64,000 nucleotides of DNA from Nitrospirota bacterium (GTDB lineage: Bacteria > Nitrospirota > Leptospirillia > Leptospirillales > Leptospirillaceae): assembly GCA_021810805.1 (NCBI GenBank), contig JAJZHW010000005.1, positions 45,153 through 109,152 of the forward strand, given 5' to 3'. The first letter of the stretch is position 1, and each line of letters opens with the position of its first letter. A program made the translations under genes and the position numbers. Shown here piece after piece: positions 55,500 to 64,000 of the stretch. The notes under the pieces were generated by a model. That model worked only from the letters and a program-made list of their open reading frames with translations, searched no databases and was not told the origin of the DNA.

Positions 55500-57926
55500 C
55501 TATCCGCCGTACAGGGACCCCATTTCGAAGTTGACCACTGGGCCGGGGTAGTTGCCCGGGAATCCCTGGATGTAGGAATTGTTGGCCAATGGCCACCCGA
55601 GATCGAGGGTCAGGGGCCCCATGGGAGAGTTCCACATGATCCCGATGCCTGTGCCCGGCCAATTGAATCCCGCCAGGGAGATAGGCTGCCCCGGGAGGTA
55701 TTCGCCGGAGTTGTCGAAGAAGATATCTCCGTAGAAGCCGAACTTGGCAAAGATCGGCCAGACATAGTCGGCGTTGAAGATCAGCTCCGAGGTTCCGCCG
55801 ACGAGGTAGCCGAAGGGCATGGGACCGGCAAATCCGAAGTTGTAGCCCCGGTTCGAATAGATGCCGCCGACATAGAAGCGGTCCCAGACCGGAATGAATC
55901 CATCGGGCCCCAGCGGATTTTCCGTTCCCACCGCAAAGTGGAAGGAAAGCGTCGACTTCTCCGTGATCGGAATGAAGAGGGTCGCGTTTCCCGTGGTCTG
56001 GTAGAAGGCCGTGTCTCCCCCGAAGGTCCCCCCGTAGACGCCAATGTTTCCCCAGATATGGTAGCCGCTGTGCGGAAGAAGATAGTTGTCCCGCCGGTCA
56101 TAGGAGAAGCCAAGGGAGGGGCCGCTCTGGGTCCAGTATCCCACCTGCTGGAGGAAGGGGGCCAGGGCCGGGGCCTCCTGCGCCTGCTGGGGAGTGACGG
56201 CCACGAGGAAGATCTGCTCCGACTCCACTAGCCATGAAAGGGACGTGGAGAAATAATACCCGAATCGGCGGGTCAGACTCAACGAACCTCCGAGGGCGCT
56301 GTTCCAGTAGGTGAAGTAGTCCATGAAGGTGTCGAAGAAGGACAGCGTCGCGGCCGTGGGAGTGTCGAGAAAGTAGGGGTCGGTGATGGTGAGCGAGTAC
56401 ATGGTGATGAAACCGCCGAGTTCGCCGGAGAGGCTCACCGAGTCGCCCGTCCCGAAGATGTTGTTCTGGGCGATCGTCGCCATGCCCATGACCCCGAAGA
56501 GGGTGCTGTATCCGCCGCCGATGGAGAAGGTTCCTGTGGGCTTTTCCTTGACCTTGACGTTCAGGTCGACAAGGTTGTCCCCCACCTGCTGGGGAACGAT
56601 CTGGACGTTTTTGAAGAAGTTCAGGTTGTTCAGGTTCCGGTAGGAGTCCTGGAGGGCCTGCGTATCCATGATCCCCGACTCCTGGACTCCCAGTACCCGA
56701 CGGATGACCTTGTCCCGGGTCAGCTCGTTTCCGGCGATGTTGATCTTGCGGATATGGACAAGACCTCCCTCGGTGATCAGGAAGGTCAGATTGACTGTCT
56801 TTTTCCGGATGTTGGGAACGATCTGCGGGGTCACGATGGCAAAGGCGTACCCCTTGTGGCCATATTTCCGGGTCAGGTTGTTGATGTCCTTCTGGAGCCG
56901 CTTTCTGGAGAAGATTTGGGGAGGCTCGGTCTTGACCGTGTCGAGGATCTCTTTCGCCTTGAAGAGCTTGTTCCCCGAGACGCCCACATGGGCAATCCGG
57001 AACTGGTCGCCTTCGGTCAGGGGAAAGCGAATTTCCATGGTTTTTCGATGGTCGTGGAAAATCGTCTTGGGTTCGCCGACGGCCACATTGATATACCCGT
57101 GGTTCAGGTAGAAGTCCCGAAGCCGCTCGATATCCTGTTCGGTTTGAGTCTTCTTGTAGACTCCGGAGTCTGTCCACCAGGAGGTGAGCCAGAAATAGGG
57201 CTTGGTCTTGATCTTTTTCTGAAGGGTCGAATCGGAGAAGGCCTTGTTTCCGGAGAAGCTGACCTTCGTGATGTGGGTCAAGGTCCCTTCGGAAATGAGG
57301 AAGACGAGCTCGACCTTGTTGTTGGACATCTGGCGGGTCAAGGGAACGACCGAGGCATTGTAATATCCCGACTTCTTGTAGAGGGCCTCAATGCGGCGAA
57401 CGTTTTCGTGGACCTCATATCCGTCATAAAAGGAGGCAGGAAGAATGGTCAGTTTTTTTCTGAGGTCCGAATCGGACTCGTTATTGTTCCCGATGAAGGT
57501 GATCTTTTCGACAGTGGGCCGTTCTGTCACCCGGAAGGTCAGGGCCACCCCTCCCTCGAAGCCTTTGGCAAAGACCTCGATCCGGTCGAAATAGCCGGTC
57601 TGGTAGAGGGCCTTGATGTCGCCGGAAAGCGAGGATTGGGAGAAGGGGTCTCCCACCTTTGTATGGATCTTCTGTCGGATGGTCGAGGCATCGATCTTCT
57701 TGTTTCCCTTGATGTCGACCCGAGTGATCAGAACCGGCAAAAGAGCCTGGGAAGCCGGGGAGGAGGGAGCGGAAGCGGCATCAGCGGGGGTCACGGGAAG
57801 AAGAGCGAATAGGGAGAAGAGAAAGGTCAAGACGAGCGAAAGCGAAGATCTCTTCCCGGGGGGGGTTCGGGGGAAAGAGGTTAAATGGGTGGAGCAATAA
57901 GATTTATAGGAGGAAAGAAACATCAT
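55500..57926 (-). CDS. bamA: Outer-membrane protein assembly factor BamA
   Basis: 808 aa; signal peptide, five POTRA-like repeats (I.VKGNKKI....I......G), and a C-terminal beta-barrel. Confidence 0.92.
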   Translation of the reverse strand: MMFLSSYKSYCSTHLTSFPRTPPGKRSSLSLVLTFLFSLFALLPVTPADAASAPSSPASQALLPVLITRVDIKGNKKIDASTIRQKIHTKVGDPFSQSSLSGDIKALYQTGYFDRIEVFAKGFEGGVALTFRVTERPTVEKITFIGNNNESDSDLRKKLTILPASFYDGYEVHENVRRIEALYKKSGYYNASVVPLTRQMSNNKVELVFLISEGTLTHITKVSFSGNKAFSDSTLQKKIKTKPYFWLTSWWTDSGVYKKTQTEQDIERLRDFYLNHGYINVAVGEPKTIFHDHRKTMEIRFPLTEGDQFRIAHVGVSGNKLFKAKEILDTVKTEPPQIFSRKRLQKDINNLTRKYGHKGYAFAIVTPQIVPNIRKKTVNLTFLITEGGLVHIRKINIAGNELTRDKVIRRVLGVQESGIMDTQALQDSYRNLNNLNFFKNVQIVPQQVGDNLVDLNVKVKEKPTGTFSIGGGYSTLFGVMGMATIAQNNIFGTGDSVSLSGELGGFITMYSLTITDPYFLDTPTAATLSFFDTFMDYFTYWNSALGGSLSLTRRFGYYFSTSLSWLVESEQIFLVAVTPQQAQEAPALAPFLQQVGYWTQSGPSLGFSYDRRDNYLLPHSGYHIWGNIGVYGGTFGGDTAFYQTTGNATLFIPITEKSTLSFHFAVGTENPLGPDGFIPVWDRFYVGGIYSNRGYNFGFAGPMPFGYLVGGTSELIFNADYVWPIFAKFGFYGDIFFDNSGEYLPGQPISLAGFNWPGTGIGIMWNSPMGPLTLDLGWPLANNSYIQGFPGNYPGPVVNFEMGSLYGG

Positions 57927-58518
57927 GGCTCAAGGCAAGAGAGGGGGAAGGATGGTCTGTCCCTCCGGTCTTTTCCTGGTCGCTGATATCCTGTGCTCAA
58001 GGAATATCCTGGTTTGATGGCGTGGATCCCGAATGATCTTGGTGCGATGTGATTGGAGTCCAAGTGACTGCTGATGAAAAAACCCTCGAGACTATATCAC
58101 GGACGGGGAGGTTTTCCAAGACGGAAAGGGAAAAATTTGAAGATTTTCCCTTCTTTCCCCCTCCGTTCGTCTTCTCCTCGCCACTTCATTTTCCTCTGAG
58201 CGTCGAGCTGTGGTGTTGCCGATCGCGTTTTTTCCGTGCCAAGGCAGTTTCTAGGACTTCTCCCTTGGCGGTCAATCGCCAGAGGCATTCCACTTCCCTC
58301 TCGGGTGTGGAAACGAAGGAGGAGTTCCACGTTGGAGAGGATTATGAAGAAGTTGGGCCATGGCTTCTCCCCGAAGGGGAAAAAAGGCACAGGCAAAACG
58401 AGGGAAGAGTTTGAAATGCAATGTGGGATTAAAAACTTAACTCCATTCCGAGAGAGGAATTCTCGGGTGTTTGATGAGCCGCAGAGTGTCGCGGGGCATT
58501 TGTTTCTTGATTTTTTTG

Positions 58519-58548
58519 TTGACACCTGACGGTCGGAACCTTTATAGT
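58519..58548 (+). promoter_or_regulatory. Sigma70-type promoter for tRNA-Phe
   Basis: TTGACA (58519-58524), an 18-nt spacer, then TATAGT (58543-58548), which ends about 10 nt before the tRNA 5' end. Confidence 0.6.
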
Positions 58549-58558
58549 CAACCGCTGT

Positions 58559-58634
58559 GCCGAGGTAGCTCAGTCGGTAGAGCAGAGGCCTGAAAAGCCT
58601 CGTGTCGGCGGTTCGATTCCGCCCCTCGGCACCA
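58559..58634 (+). tRNA. tRNA-Phe (anticodon GAA), CCA encoded
   Basis: Folded by hand: acceptor GCCGAGG/CCTCGGC, D arm GCTC/GAGC, anticodon arm GAGGC-CTGAAAA-GCCTC, T arm GGCGG-TTCGATT-CCGCC, then ACCA. Confidence 0.95.
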
Positions 58635-58683
58635 TCCTCTTACATTGTTATCCGATTTTCCTCCGGACTCCCCCCTTCCGAAC

Positions 58684-59265
58684 CTAGAAAAATGTGAACC
58701 CTATCACGACCGGAACGTAGGTCATTGTTCCCAGCGAACCCTGCGAGGTGGTCAGAACCGGTCCCATGATCTGGGCATAACGGATCTCCCCGTAGACGGG
58801 ACCGATGTTGACGCCCAGAGCCGCATCCCACGTCATGTTGTTTCCTGCCGTTCCTTCCGCCTGCGTATTGTTGTACCCCGCATCGAGAGCTCCATACAAA
58901 TAGAAAAGACTTGTAAACTTCAGAAAATCGTATTCAAGTCCCAGAGTCACGGGAAAGGCCGTCATCAGGGGCGTTCCCGTAAAGTGAAGATAGTTCGCCT
59001 GCCCCCTGAGCGCCACGGAGTCCGTCAGGTGGAGTGTTCCGAGGAAACCTGCTCCGAAGCCTCCTCCACTGTACCCTCCCACATCCCCCGAAACGGTCGA
59101 CTGACCGGAGAGGGCTCCGATGCCCATTCCCTGGACCGACAGGCTCAAGGGAAGAACGGCCGATCGGGCCGGTTTCCCGTAGGAAAGAAGCGAGAGGGTG
59201 GCGACGAGAATCACGGACAAAAAATAACGGATTCGAAGGGAAGATCTTCTGTCATTCGTTCTCAT
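58684..59265 (-). CDS. Small outer-membrane beta-barrel protein (OmpA-like/OMP_b-brl type)
   Basis: 193 aa; signal peptide; alternating amphipathic strands with many G/Y; C-terminal ...VVIGFTFF ending in Phe. Confidence 0.7.
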   Translation of the reverse strand: MRTNDRRSSLRIRYFLSVILVATLSLLSYGKPARSAVLPLSLSVQGMGIGALSGQSTVSGDVGGYSGGGFGAGFLGTLHLTDSVALRGQANYLHFTGTPLMTAFPVTLGLEYDFLKFTSLFYLYGALDAGYNNTQAEGTAGNNMTWDAALGVNIGPVYGEIRYAQIMGPVLTTSQGSLGTMTYVPVVIGFTFF

Positions 59266-59424
59266 GGCGCTCCTTCATGTGATGGGATAGTGTCGGGGAA
59301 GAGTCGAAGCCCGGGGCGACTCCCTCTTTGCCACCGGATCATTATAGAAGAAAAGCTAGAGATGACCAAGAATTTGTTTGGATTTTTCCCTGAAGCCATG
59401 TAAAAATAGGACGGGGGGTGGCGA

Positions 59425-60156
59425 ATGCGCGCCTTCTGCCTTCCCCCTCTTCACGCTTCACGCACCGACAACGAACGCTTCCGAGGATCCCCTGTGAAGA
59501 ACGTCTATAATTCTCCCTCCTCTCTTTGGGAAAGGATCTTTGCCGCCGTCTACGATCCCCTCCTCCGGTCGGTAGAAAATCAGCGGATTGCACCCCTTCG
59601 AAAGGCACTCCTGCAGGGGCTTAAAGGCAACATCCTTGACCTTGGCTCCGGAACGGGAGCCAACCTCCCCTTTCTCTCTCTCCCTGAAACCCGAACGGTC
59701 TTTCTGGAGATCTCCTGGCCCATGATTCAGCGGGGGATAGCCAAGGGAATGGGACGGGCTGGGTCCATTGTCAGAGGCTCCGGAACCACGCTTCCCTTTG
59801 CCGATCATAGCTTCGACAGTTGTATTTCCGCTCTCGTTCTCTGCTCCGTCCCCGACCCCGATGTCGCGCTCCGGGAGATCCGCCGTGTTCTTCGGCCGGG
59901 AGGAACATTTTTCATGATGGAGCATGTTCTTTCCCACAGACCTCCGGTGGCCACACTTCAAAAAATGGCCACGCCGGTCTGGAAGCGGGTGGCCGGAGGG
60001 TGCCATCTCGATCGGGAAACGGACAAGATCGCCTCGCAGATCTTCGAAAAGAAAGAGGAGTGGACCGAAACCTTTTCCGGAATTCCCTTTCGGCTGGGAC
60101 GCTATCTCAATCGCCCGACAGACTCCCCGCGTCTCCCCTCCCCTTCCGTCTCCTGA
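59425..60156 (+). CDS. Class I SAM-dependent methyltransferase
   Basis: ILDLGSGTGANL (motif I), ...LRPGGTFFMMEHV. The start is uncertain. The 3' end overlaps the convergent helicase gene by 50 nt. Confidence 0.75.
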   Translation: MRAFCLPPLHASRTDNERFRGSPVKNVYNSPSSLWERIFAAVYDPLLRSVENQRIAPLRKALLQGLKGNILDLGSGTGANLPFLSLPETRTVFLEISWPMIQRGIAKGMGRAGSIVRGSGTTLPFADHSFDSCISALVLCSVPDPDVALREIRRVLRPGGTFFMMEHVLSHRPPVATLQKMATPVWKRVAGGCHLDRETDKIASQIFEKKEEWTETFSGIPFRLGRYLNRPTDSPRLPSPSVS

Positions 60157-61657
60157 CCCGCCCCTCCCGTTCAAGAATCGCCCGCGTTTCCTCGAGAACC
60201 CTCGCATAGAGTCCCACCGCCCGCTCGTATTCGGGAAACCGGTGCGGAAGGCGAAGCGCCAGCCATCGGTAGAGGGTGATTCTCGCCAGGGCTTCCTCCC
60301 CCTCCTGGCGCCCCTGAATCGGCCGGATTTCGGGTGCCAGAACGATCGGTTCCCGTATTCCCCCGACCCCGGCCACCGTTCCCACCCAGCGCCAGAACTC
60401 ATATTCCGTGGTGCGATTCTCCGGGGCGAAGAGCAAGAGCCATCGTTCGGAGAGAGGAAGCAGAGGGGCGAGACGCTCGATCCGCGCCGCCTTCTGCCGA
60501 AGTTCGGGCCCGATGCCGGAGCGAAGGTGGGCGTCGGAGAGAATGGAGGCGTGGAGGCGGGAGAGAAGGACTTCGAGGTTGGAGCTGCCGGTAACCTCCG
60601 CGGCCGACAGGACGATGGGATAGTCCGGGACAAAGGGAAAAGGCCCGTTCAGGGGGAGGGACGGGTGGCCAAACTGCCGGGCGACGATCTGATGGGTCCG
60701 CCGGTCCATTCCCGCGATGAGGCCCTGTTGGTGAAGGCCAAAGCGGCCCGCGCGACCGCCGATCTGCCGAACCTCCTCCGGTTCGAGGATCCGGTCCATC
60801 CGGCCGTCAAACTTCGCGGCCGTGGAAAAGATGACGTATTCGGCAGGAACGTTGAGCCCCATGCCCACGGCATCGGTGGCGACCATGACCAGGGCCTCTC
60901 CGGTGCGGAACCGTCGGGACTCCGACCGCCGAAGCTCCGGGGGCATCGCCCCATAGATCGTGGCCACCGGACGTCCCCGGTCCCGGAGCGTGCGTGCCAG
61001 GGAGAGAACATCGAGTCGGGTGAAGGCCACCACGATGCTTCCGTCGGGGATGCGGTCGAGGGGGATGGGGGCGGAGGCAACGGAAAGCGGTGTTTTGCGC
61101 TGGGTGTACCGAACATCGATTTCGACTCCGGCATAGTCGGCCAGGCGCCGAAGGGCTCCCTCCACATGAGGGGTCCCGCACACCATGATTTCTTCGGAGG
61201 GGGAGCCCAAAAGACCCCGAACCCAGGCAGGCCCCCTCTCCCGGTCCGCCATCATCTGCACCTCGTCGATGACGACGCAGGGAGCCTCCTCCGTCGTCGA
61301 CCCCATTTCGACGGTGGCCGAAAGGTGTCGGGAGTCTTCCCGATGGATTCGCTCCTCCCCCGTATGGAGGGTCGTGGGGATCCCTTGGGACTCGAACCGC
61401 TCGTGGATCTCCTGGGCCAGAAGGCGAAGGGGGGCGAGGTAGCGTCCGCCTTTCGCCTCAAGATGGGCCAGGGCCTCATGGGTCTTCCCCGAATTCGTGG
61501 GACCCAGCCACGCGGTCCAGCGTCGCTGAACCCGGCGGGCATCGGGCCAGAGATCCTTGGCCAGAGGAGGAAGGATGCGGCGGACGGCGACGATCTCCCG
61601 CTCCCGTTTTTCGATATTTTCAGGAGACCTTCGGGGGCGCCTTTTGTGCTTCGACAT
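60107..61657 (-). CDS. SUV3-like superfamily 2 RNA helicase
   Basis: GPTNSGKTHEAL...YLAPLRLLAQEI...VIDEVQMM...YGAMPPELRR...VATDAVGMGLN...GRAGR, with a C-terminal SUV3_C-like tail. Confidence 0.75.
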   Translation of the reverse strand: MSKHKRRPRRSPENIEKREREIVAVRRILPPLAKDLWPDARRVQRRWTAWLGPTNSGKTHEALAHLEAKGGRYLAPLRLLAQEIHERFESQGIPTTLHTGEERIHREDSRHLSATVEMGSTTEEAPCVVIDEVQMMADRERGPAWVRGLLGSPSEEIMVCGTPHVEGALRRLADYAGVEIDVRYTQRKTPLSVASAPIPLDRIPDGSIVVAFTRLDVLSLARTLRDRGRPVATIYGAMPPELRRSESRRFRTGEALVMVATDAVGMGLNVPAEYVIFSTAAKFDGRMDRILEPEEVRQIGGRAGRFGLHQQGLIAGMDRRTHQIVARQFGHPSLPLNGPFPFVPDYPIVLSAAEVTGSSNLEVLLSRLHASILSDAHLRSGIGPELRQKAARIERLAPLLPLSERWLLLFAPENRTTEYEFWRWVGTVAGVGGIREPIVLAPEIRPIQGRQEGEEALARITLYRWLALRLPHRFPEYERAVGLYARVLEETRAILEREGRVRRRKGRGDAGSLSGD

Positions 61658-61735
61658 GTTTGCCCTCGAGAACTCCCCTCTTCCCCCCTCCCGGAAAGGC
61701 TGTCAAACGGGAGAGGGATTATTTGAGGAATTCTT

Positions 61736-62092
61736 CTAGAGGTAGCCTCCCTCCCCTCCTTTTTTGTCTCCCCGGGGGGAGCCGCCTTTCTGGGCATCGA
61801 TCTGGCGAAGGGTATGGCCCAGCCATTCATGGAAGGAACGAACACTCTGCAGGTTGGCGACCATGCCGCACTGAACGGTCCGGACAACCTTCTGTTCGGC
61901 GAACTCGACGGGCTTCCCCGCGGGATTTGCCTCAGAGATCTCGCGGATCTCGTAATCGGGAGGCGCCATCCGTTCCAGAAAGAACTCCAGAAGAAGATCT
62001 CCCGAGGGAAGGAGCCCTCCGTAGATCCCGGAGACGGGTTTGTGGGAGAAGCCTTCGGGATAGTGCCATTCGAACCTGAGGCGCTTGGACAT
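61736..62092 (-). CDS. Hypothetical protein
   Basis: 118 aa from ATG 62092 (MSKRLRFEWHYPEGF...). No recognisable motif. Lies between the oxidoreductase and the helicase on the same strand. Confidence 0.4.
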   Translation of the reverse strand: MSKRLRFEWHYPEGFSHKPVSGIYGGLLPSGDLLLEFFLERMAPPDYEIREISEANPAGKPVEFAEQKVVRTVQCGMVANLQSVRSFHEWLGHTLRQIDAQKGGSPRGDKKGGEGGYL

Positions 62093-62117
62093 GGGGGATC
62101 CTTTCGTGTCTTGCGGG

Positions 62118-64000
62118 TTAGGAGAAGTCCCGGGAGAGGGCGCGGGCCAGAAGAACGGCGATATGCGCCACCTCGACACTTTCTCCCAGGCCATCCCGAA
62201 GTTTGATCTGACAGGCGGGGCATCCTGTGGTGACGGTGGAGGCCCCGCACTCCTTCACGGCGTTTCGCTTGCGCTCGAAGATCCTTTCGGAAAGCTCCGG
62301 ATTCTTGATCAGATACGATCCTGCTCCTCCCGCGCACCGGTCCGCATCGGCCATGGGACGAAAGCGCTCACCGAAGAGACGGGTGATGAGCCGGTGGGGA
62401 GCATCGGTGACACCTGCCGCCCGGAGGTGGCAGGACTCATGGTAGGTCAGAGTCCCCGGCAAGGGCGAGTCACCAAGATTCTTTTCGATTTCATTCCGGA
62501 CGGTCTCCATGTCGTCGGAGAGCATGTACTCCGAAATGTGAACCACCCGCCGGGCCAGATCCTCGGCCTGTTTTCGCTGGAGGGATCCCGCCTCGAAGTG
62601 CTCGGGCATGTCCCGGAGGGCCAGCGTGCAGGAGGCGCATCCGGCCACCACGACCGGATAGGGCAGGAGGCTCTCGAGATTTCGTTGGGCCGCCTCCTGC
62701 GCCAGTCCGGCATGGCCATAGGTTTCGATAGGGGTTCCCGAGCAGGTCTGGGAGGGAAGCACCAGGCGCCGGGAGGATCGGGAGAGGAGGCGAACCATGG
62801 CCTCCCCGATGCCGTCGTCGAAAAACTGGGCGGCACAGCCATGAAAGTAGGCCAGGTCGCCGCTTCCTCCCCCCTCGGTTGTCAGGGAGCGGTAACGGTC
62901 CCGAAGGGTTCTCGGGGCGAGTCGGGGAAGGCGGAGATCGGCCGGAATCCGGGCGGTGGAAGCGATTCTTTTCATGAGAGGGCGCGTGAGGCTTTCTATG
63001 GCCTTCCTCGCCAGGGGGCGGTCCCAGAGACTTTGGGTTTTTCCGAGCAAAGGAACGATGCTATCGAGGAAGCCGTCAAGCAGAGCTTTGAAGAGCTTCT
63101 CCGAGAGGGGGTCTCCACCCCTTCGAGCCCGGGCGTCGAGGATGGCCCGGGAGACGTCGACCCCCGCCGGACAGGTGGCCCGGCAGGACTTGCAGTTGAG
63201 GCATCCGTCCAGGATCGTGTCGGAGACGGTGGCGAGGGCCGGATCGGCCAGGATCTGGTACCATCCCCGAGCCCCCTGGGACTCCGTCCTGAGCACGTCG
63301 AAGGAGGGACAGACGGTGTTGCATTTTCCACAGGTGGCACAGGGGCGGGCGACCCTTTCAAGATCGAGATTTTCGAGGAAGGAGGTCTCCGAGATCTTGA
63401 CCCCGGGCGCCAGAAGTCCCCGGGGGTCGAAGAGAGTCTTGACCTCCCGGAAGATCCCGTAGATCTCCTCCCCGTAAACCATCGGAAGAAATTCCGCCCG
63501 GACCCGTCCCTCGCCGTGCTCCCCGCAGGGGACCCCGCCGAAACGTTCGATGGCGGTATGGTGGATCGTTCGGCTGATGGAGAGGAGGCGCTCCATGGTT
63601 CCCGTCTCCCGAACGTCCAAGAGAGGATTGATGTGGGCATTTCCATTTCCGATGTGGCCATAGACCGCCACGGCGACCCCCTCCTCCCGGAAGTAGTCCC
63701 TGAGAAAGCCCAGAAGCTCGGGGAGCCGGGCGACGGGAACGGCCACATCGTCGGCAAAGTTGATGGGCCGGTGAACTCCGTCGTAGCGGTAGAGGGTGGG
63801 GAAAAGAGCATGTCGAGCCCGCCAGAGCGCCTTTTGGTGGTCCGGGTCTGTCGCCACCTGAGGGGCCACGGGAGAGGGAAATTGCTTCAGAAGAGAGAGT
63901 GTCCGGGCAACGAGGTCCTCCTGGGGCTCGGAATCGAACTCGATCAGGAGAAGGGAGTCGGCCTCGCGGGGGATGCCGAAGCGCTCGCGGCCAATCAGAT
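62118..64000 (-). CDS. FAD-linked oxidase fused to a 4Fe-4S dicluster and two CCG domains (GlcD/GlcF- or Dld-II-like); the 5' end lies beyond the window
   Basis: The frame stays open upstream of the listed Met to the window end (...LIEFDSEPQEDL...). CATCGKCNTVCP and CLNCKSCRATCP ferredoxin motifs, then YFHGCAAQF and YHESCHLR CCG motifs. Confidence 0.8.
   Translation of the reverse strand, partial: LIGRERFGIPREADSLLLIEFDSEPQEDLVARTLSLLKQFPSPVAPQVATDPDHQKALWRARHALFPTLYRYDGVHRPINFADDVAVPVARLPELLGFLRDYFREEGVAVAVYGHIGNGNAHINPLLDVRETGTMERLLSISRTIHHTAIERFGGVPCGEHGEGRVRAEFLPMVYGEEIYGIFREVKTLFDPRGLLAPGVKISETSFLENLDLERVARPCATCGKCNTVCPSFDVLRTESQGARGWYQILADPALATVSDTILDGCLNCKSCRATCPAGVDVSRAILDARARRGGDPLSEKLFKALLDGFLDSIVPLLGKTQSLWDRPLARKAIESLTRPLMKRIASTARIPADLRLPRLAPRTLRDRYRSLTTEGGGSGDLAYFHGCAAQFFDDGIGEAMVRLLSRSSRRLVLPSQTCSGTPIETYGHAGLAQEAAQRNLESLLPYPVVVAGCASCTLALRDMPEHFEAGSLQRKQAEDLARRVVHISEYMLSDDMETVRNEIEKNLGDSPLPGTLTYHESCHLRAAGVTDAPHRLITRLFGERFRPMADADRCAGGAGSYLIKNPELSERIFERKRNAVKECGASTVTTGCPACQIKLRDGLGESVEVAHIAVLLARALSRDFS

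Noticed and set aside
58345-58529. 61-aa basic ORF (MKKLGHGFSPKGKKGTGKTREEF...) in the bamA/tRNA spacer
   Set aside because: The SD-like GGAGAGG is only 3 nt from the ATG. The ORF runs straight through the tRNA-Phe promoter and has no recognisable family features, so it is kept only as part of the unexplained spacer.
58559-62117. tRNA-Phe as a genomic-island integration site
   Set aside because: There is no integrase, no visible direct repeat of the tRNA 3' end downstream, and the neighbouring genes (OMP, methyltransferase, helicase) have native-looking composition.
1-64000. CRISPR arrays, IS elements/transposases, integrases, prophage genes, rRNA
   Set aside because: No regularly spaced direct repeats, no DDE/tyrosine-recombinase-like translations in the ORF track, and no rRNA-like sequence were seen on reading the window. 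This was visual inspection only, so short or degenerate elements could have been missed.

Overview
High-GC chromosomal segment from a diderm (Gram-negative-type) bacterium. I cannot assign a taxon from sequence alone. About 60 genes are present, almost all on the minus strand and tightly packed. More than 20 gene junctions are 4-nt NTGA stop/start overlaps. The dominant content is a very large envelope/LPS supercluster. From high to low coordinates it reads bamA-skp-lpxD-fabZ-lpxA-lpxI-(Gfo/Idh/MocA oxidoreductase)-lpxB-waaA-lpxK-lpxL, then five GT9 heptosyltransferase-like paralogues with gmhB and a YcaR/Trm112-like gene among them, a NodB deacetylase and a GT4. A 4-gene plus-strand block (bioA, secreted hypothetical, DAG-kinase-like, YkgJ) plus an orphan DUF433 gene interrupts the array. 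The array then continues with patatin, O-antigen ligase, yacL-ispD-ispF-cysE, and a PAP2 / ArnT-like / GT9 / GT2 / ArnT-like module that looks like a lipid A or core remodelling system. The rest is housekeeping (lolC/E, lysS, mtnA, purE/K/D/H, tsaC), an orphan NuoF-like/2Fe-2S pair, and a class III adenylate cyclase divergent from a GAF/degenerate-GGDEF membrane protein. There is also an Mla-type operon with a degenerate ATPase, a di-haem cytochrome c peroxidase, tRNA-Phe with a near-consensus promoter, and a SUV3-like helicase. The only clearly accessory-looking spot is a lower-GC, AT-flanked single-gene insertion encoding an AAA+ ATPase fused to a PD-(D/E)xK nuclease-like domain (DUF4143 type). 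I saw no CRISPR array, transposase, integrase or rRNA. All functional calls come from reading motifs in the supplied translations and my own translation of unlisted frames; no database search was run. Start codons were refined by hand where a 4-nt overlap or a Shine-Dalgarno-like sequence supported it.
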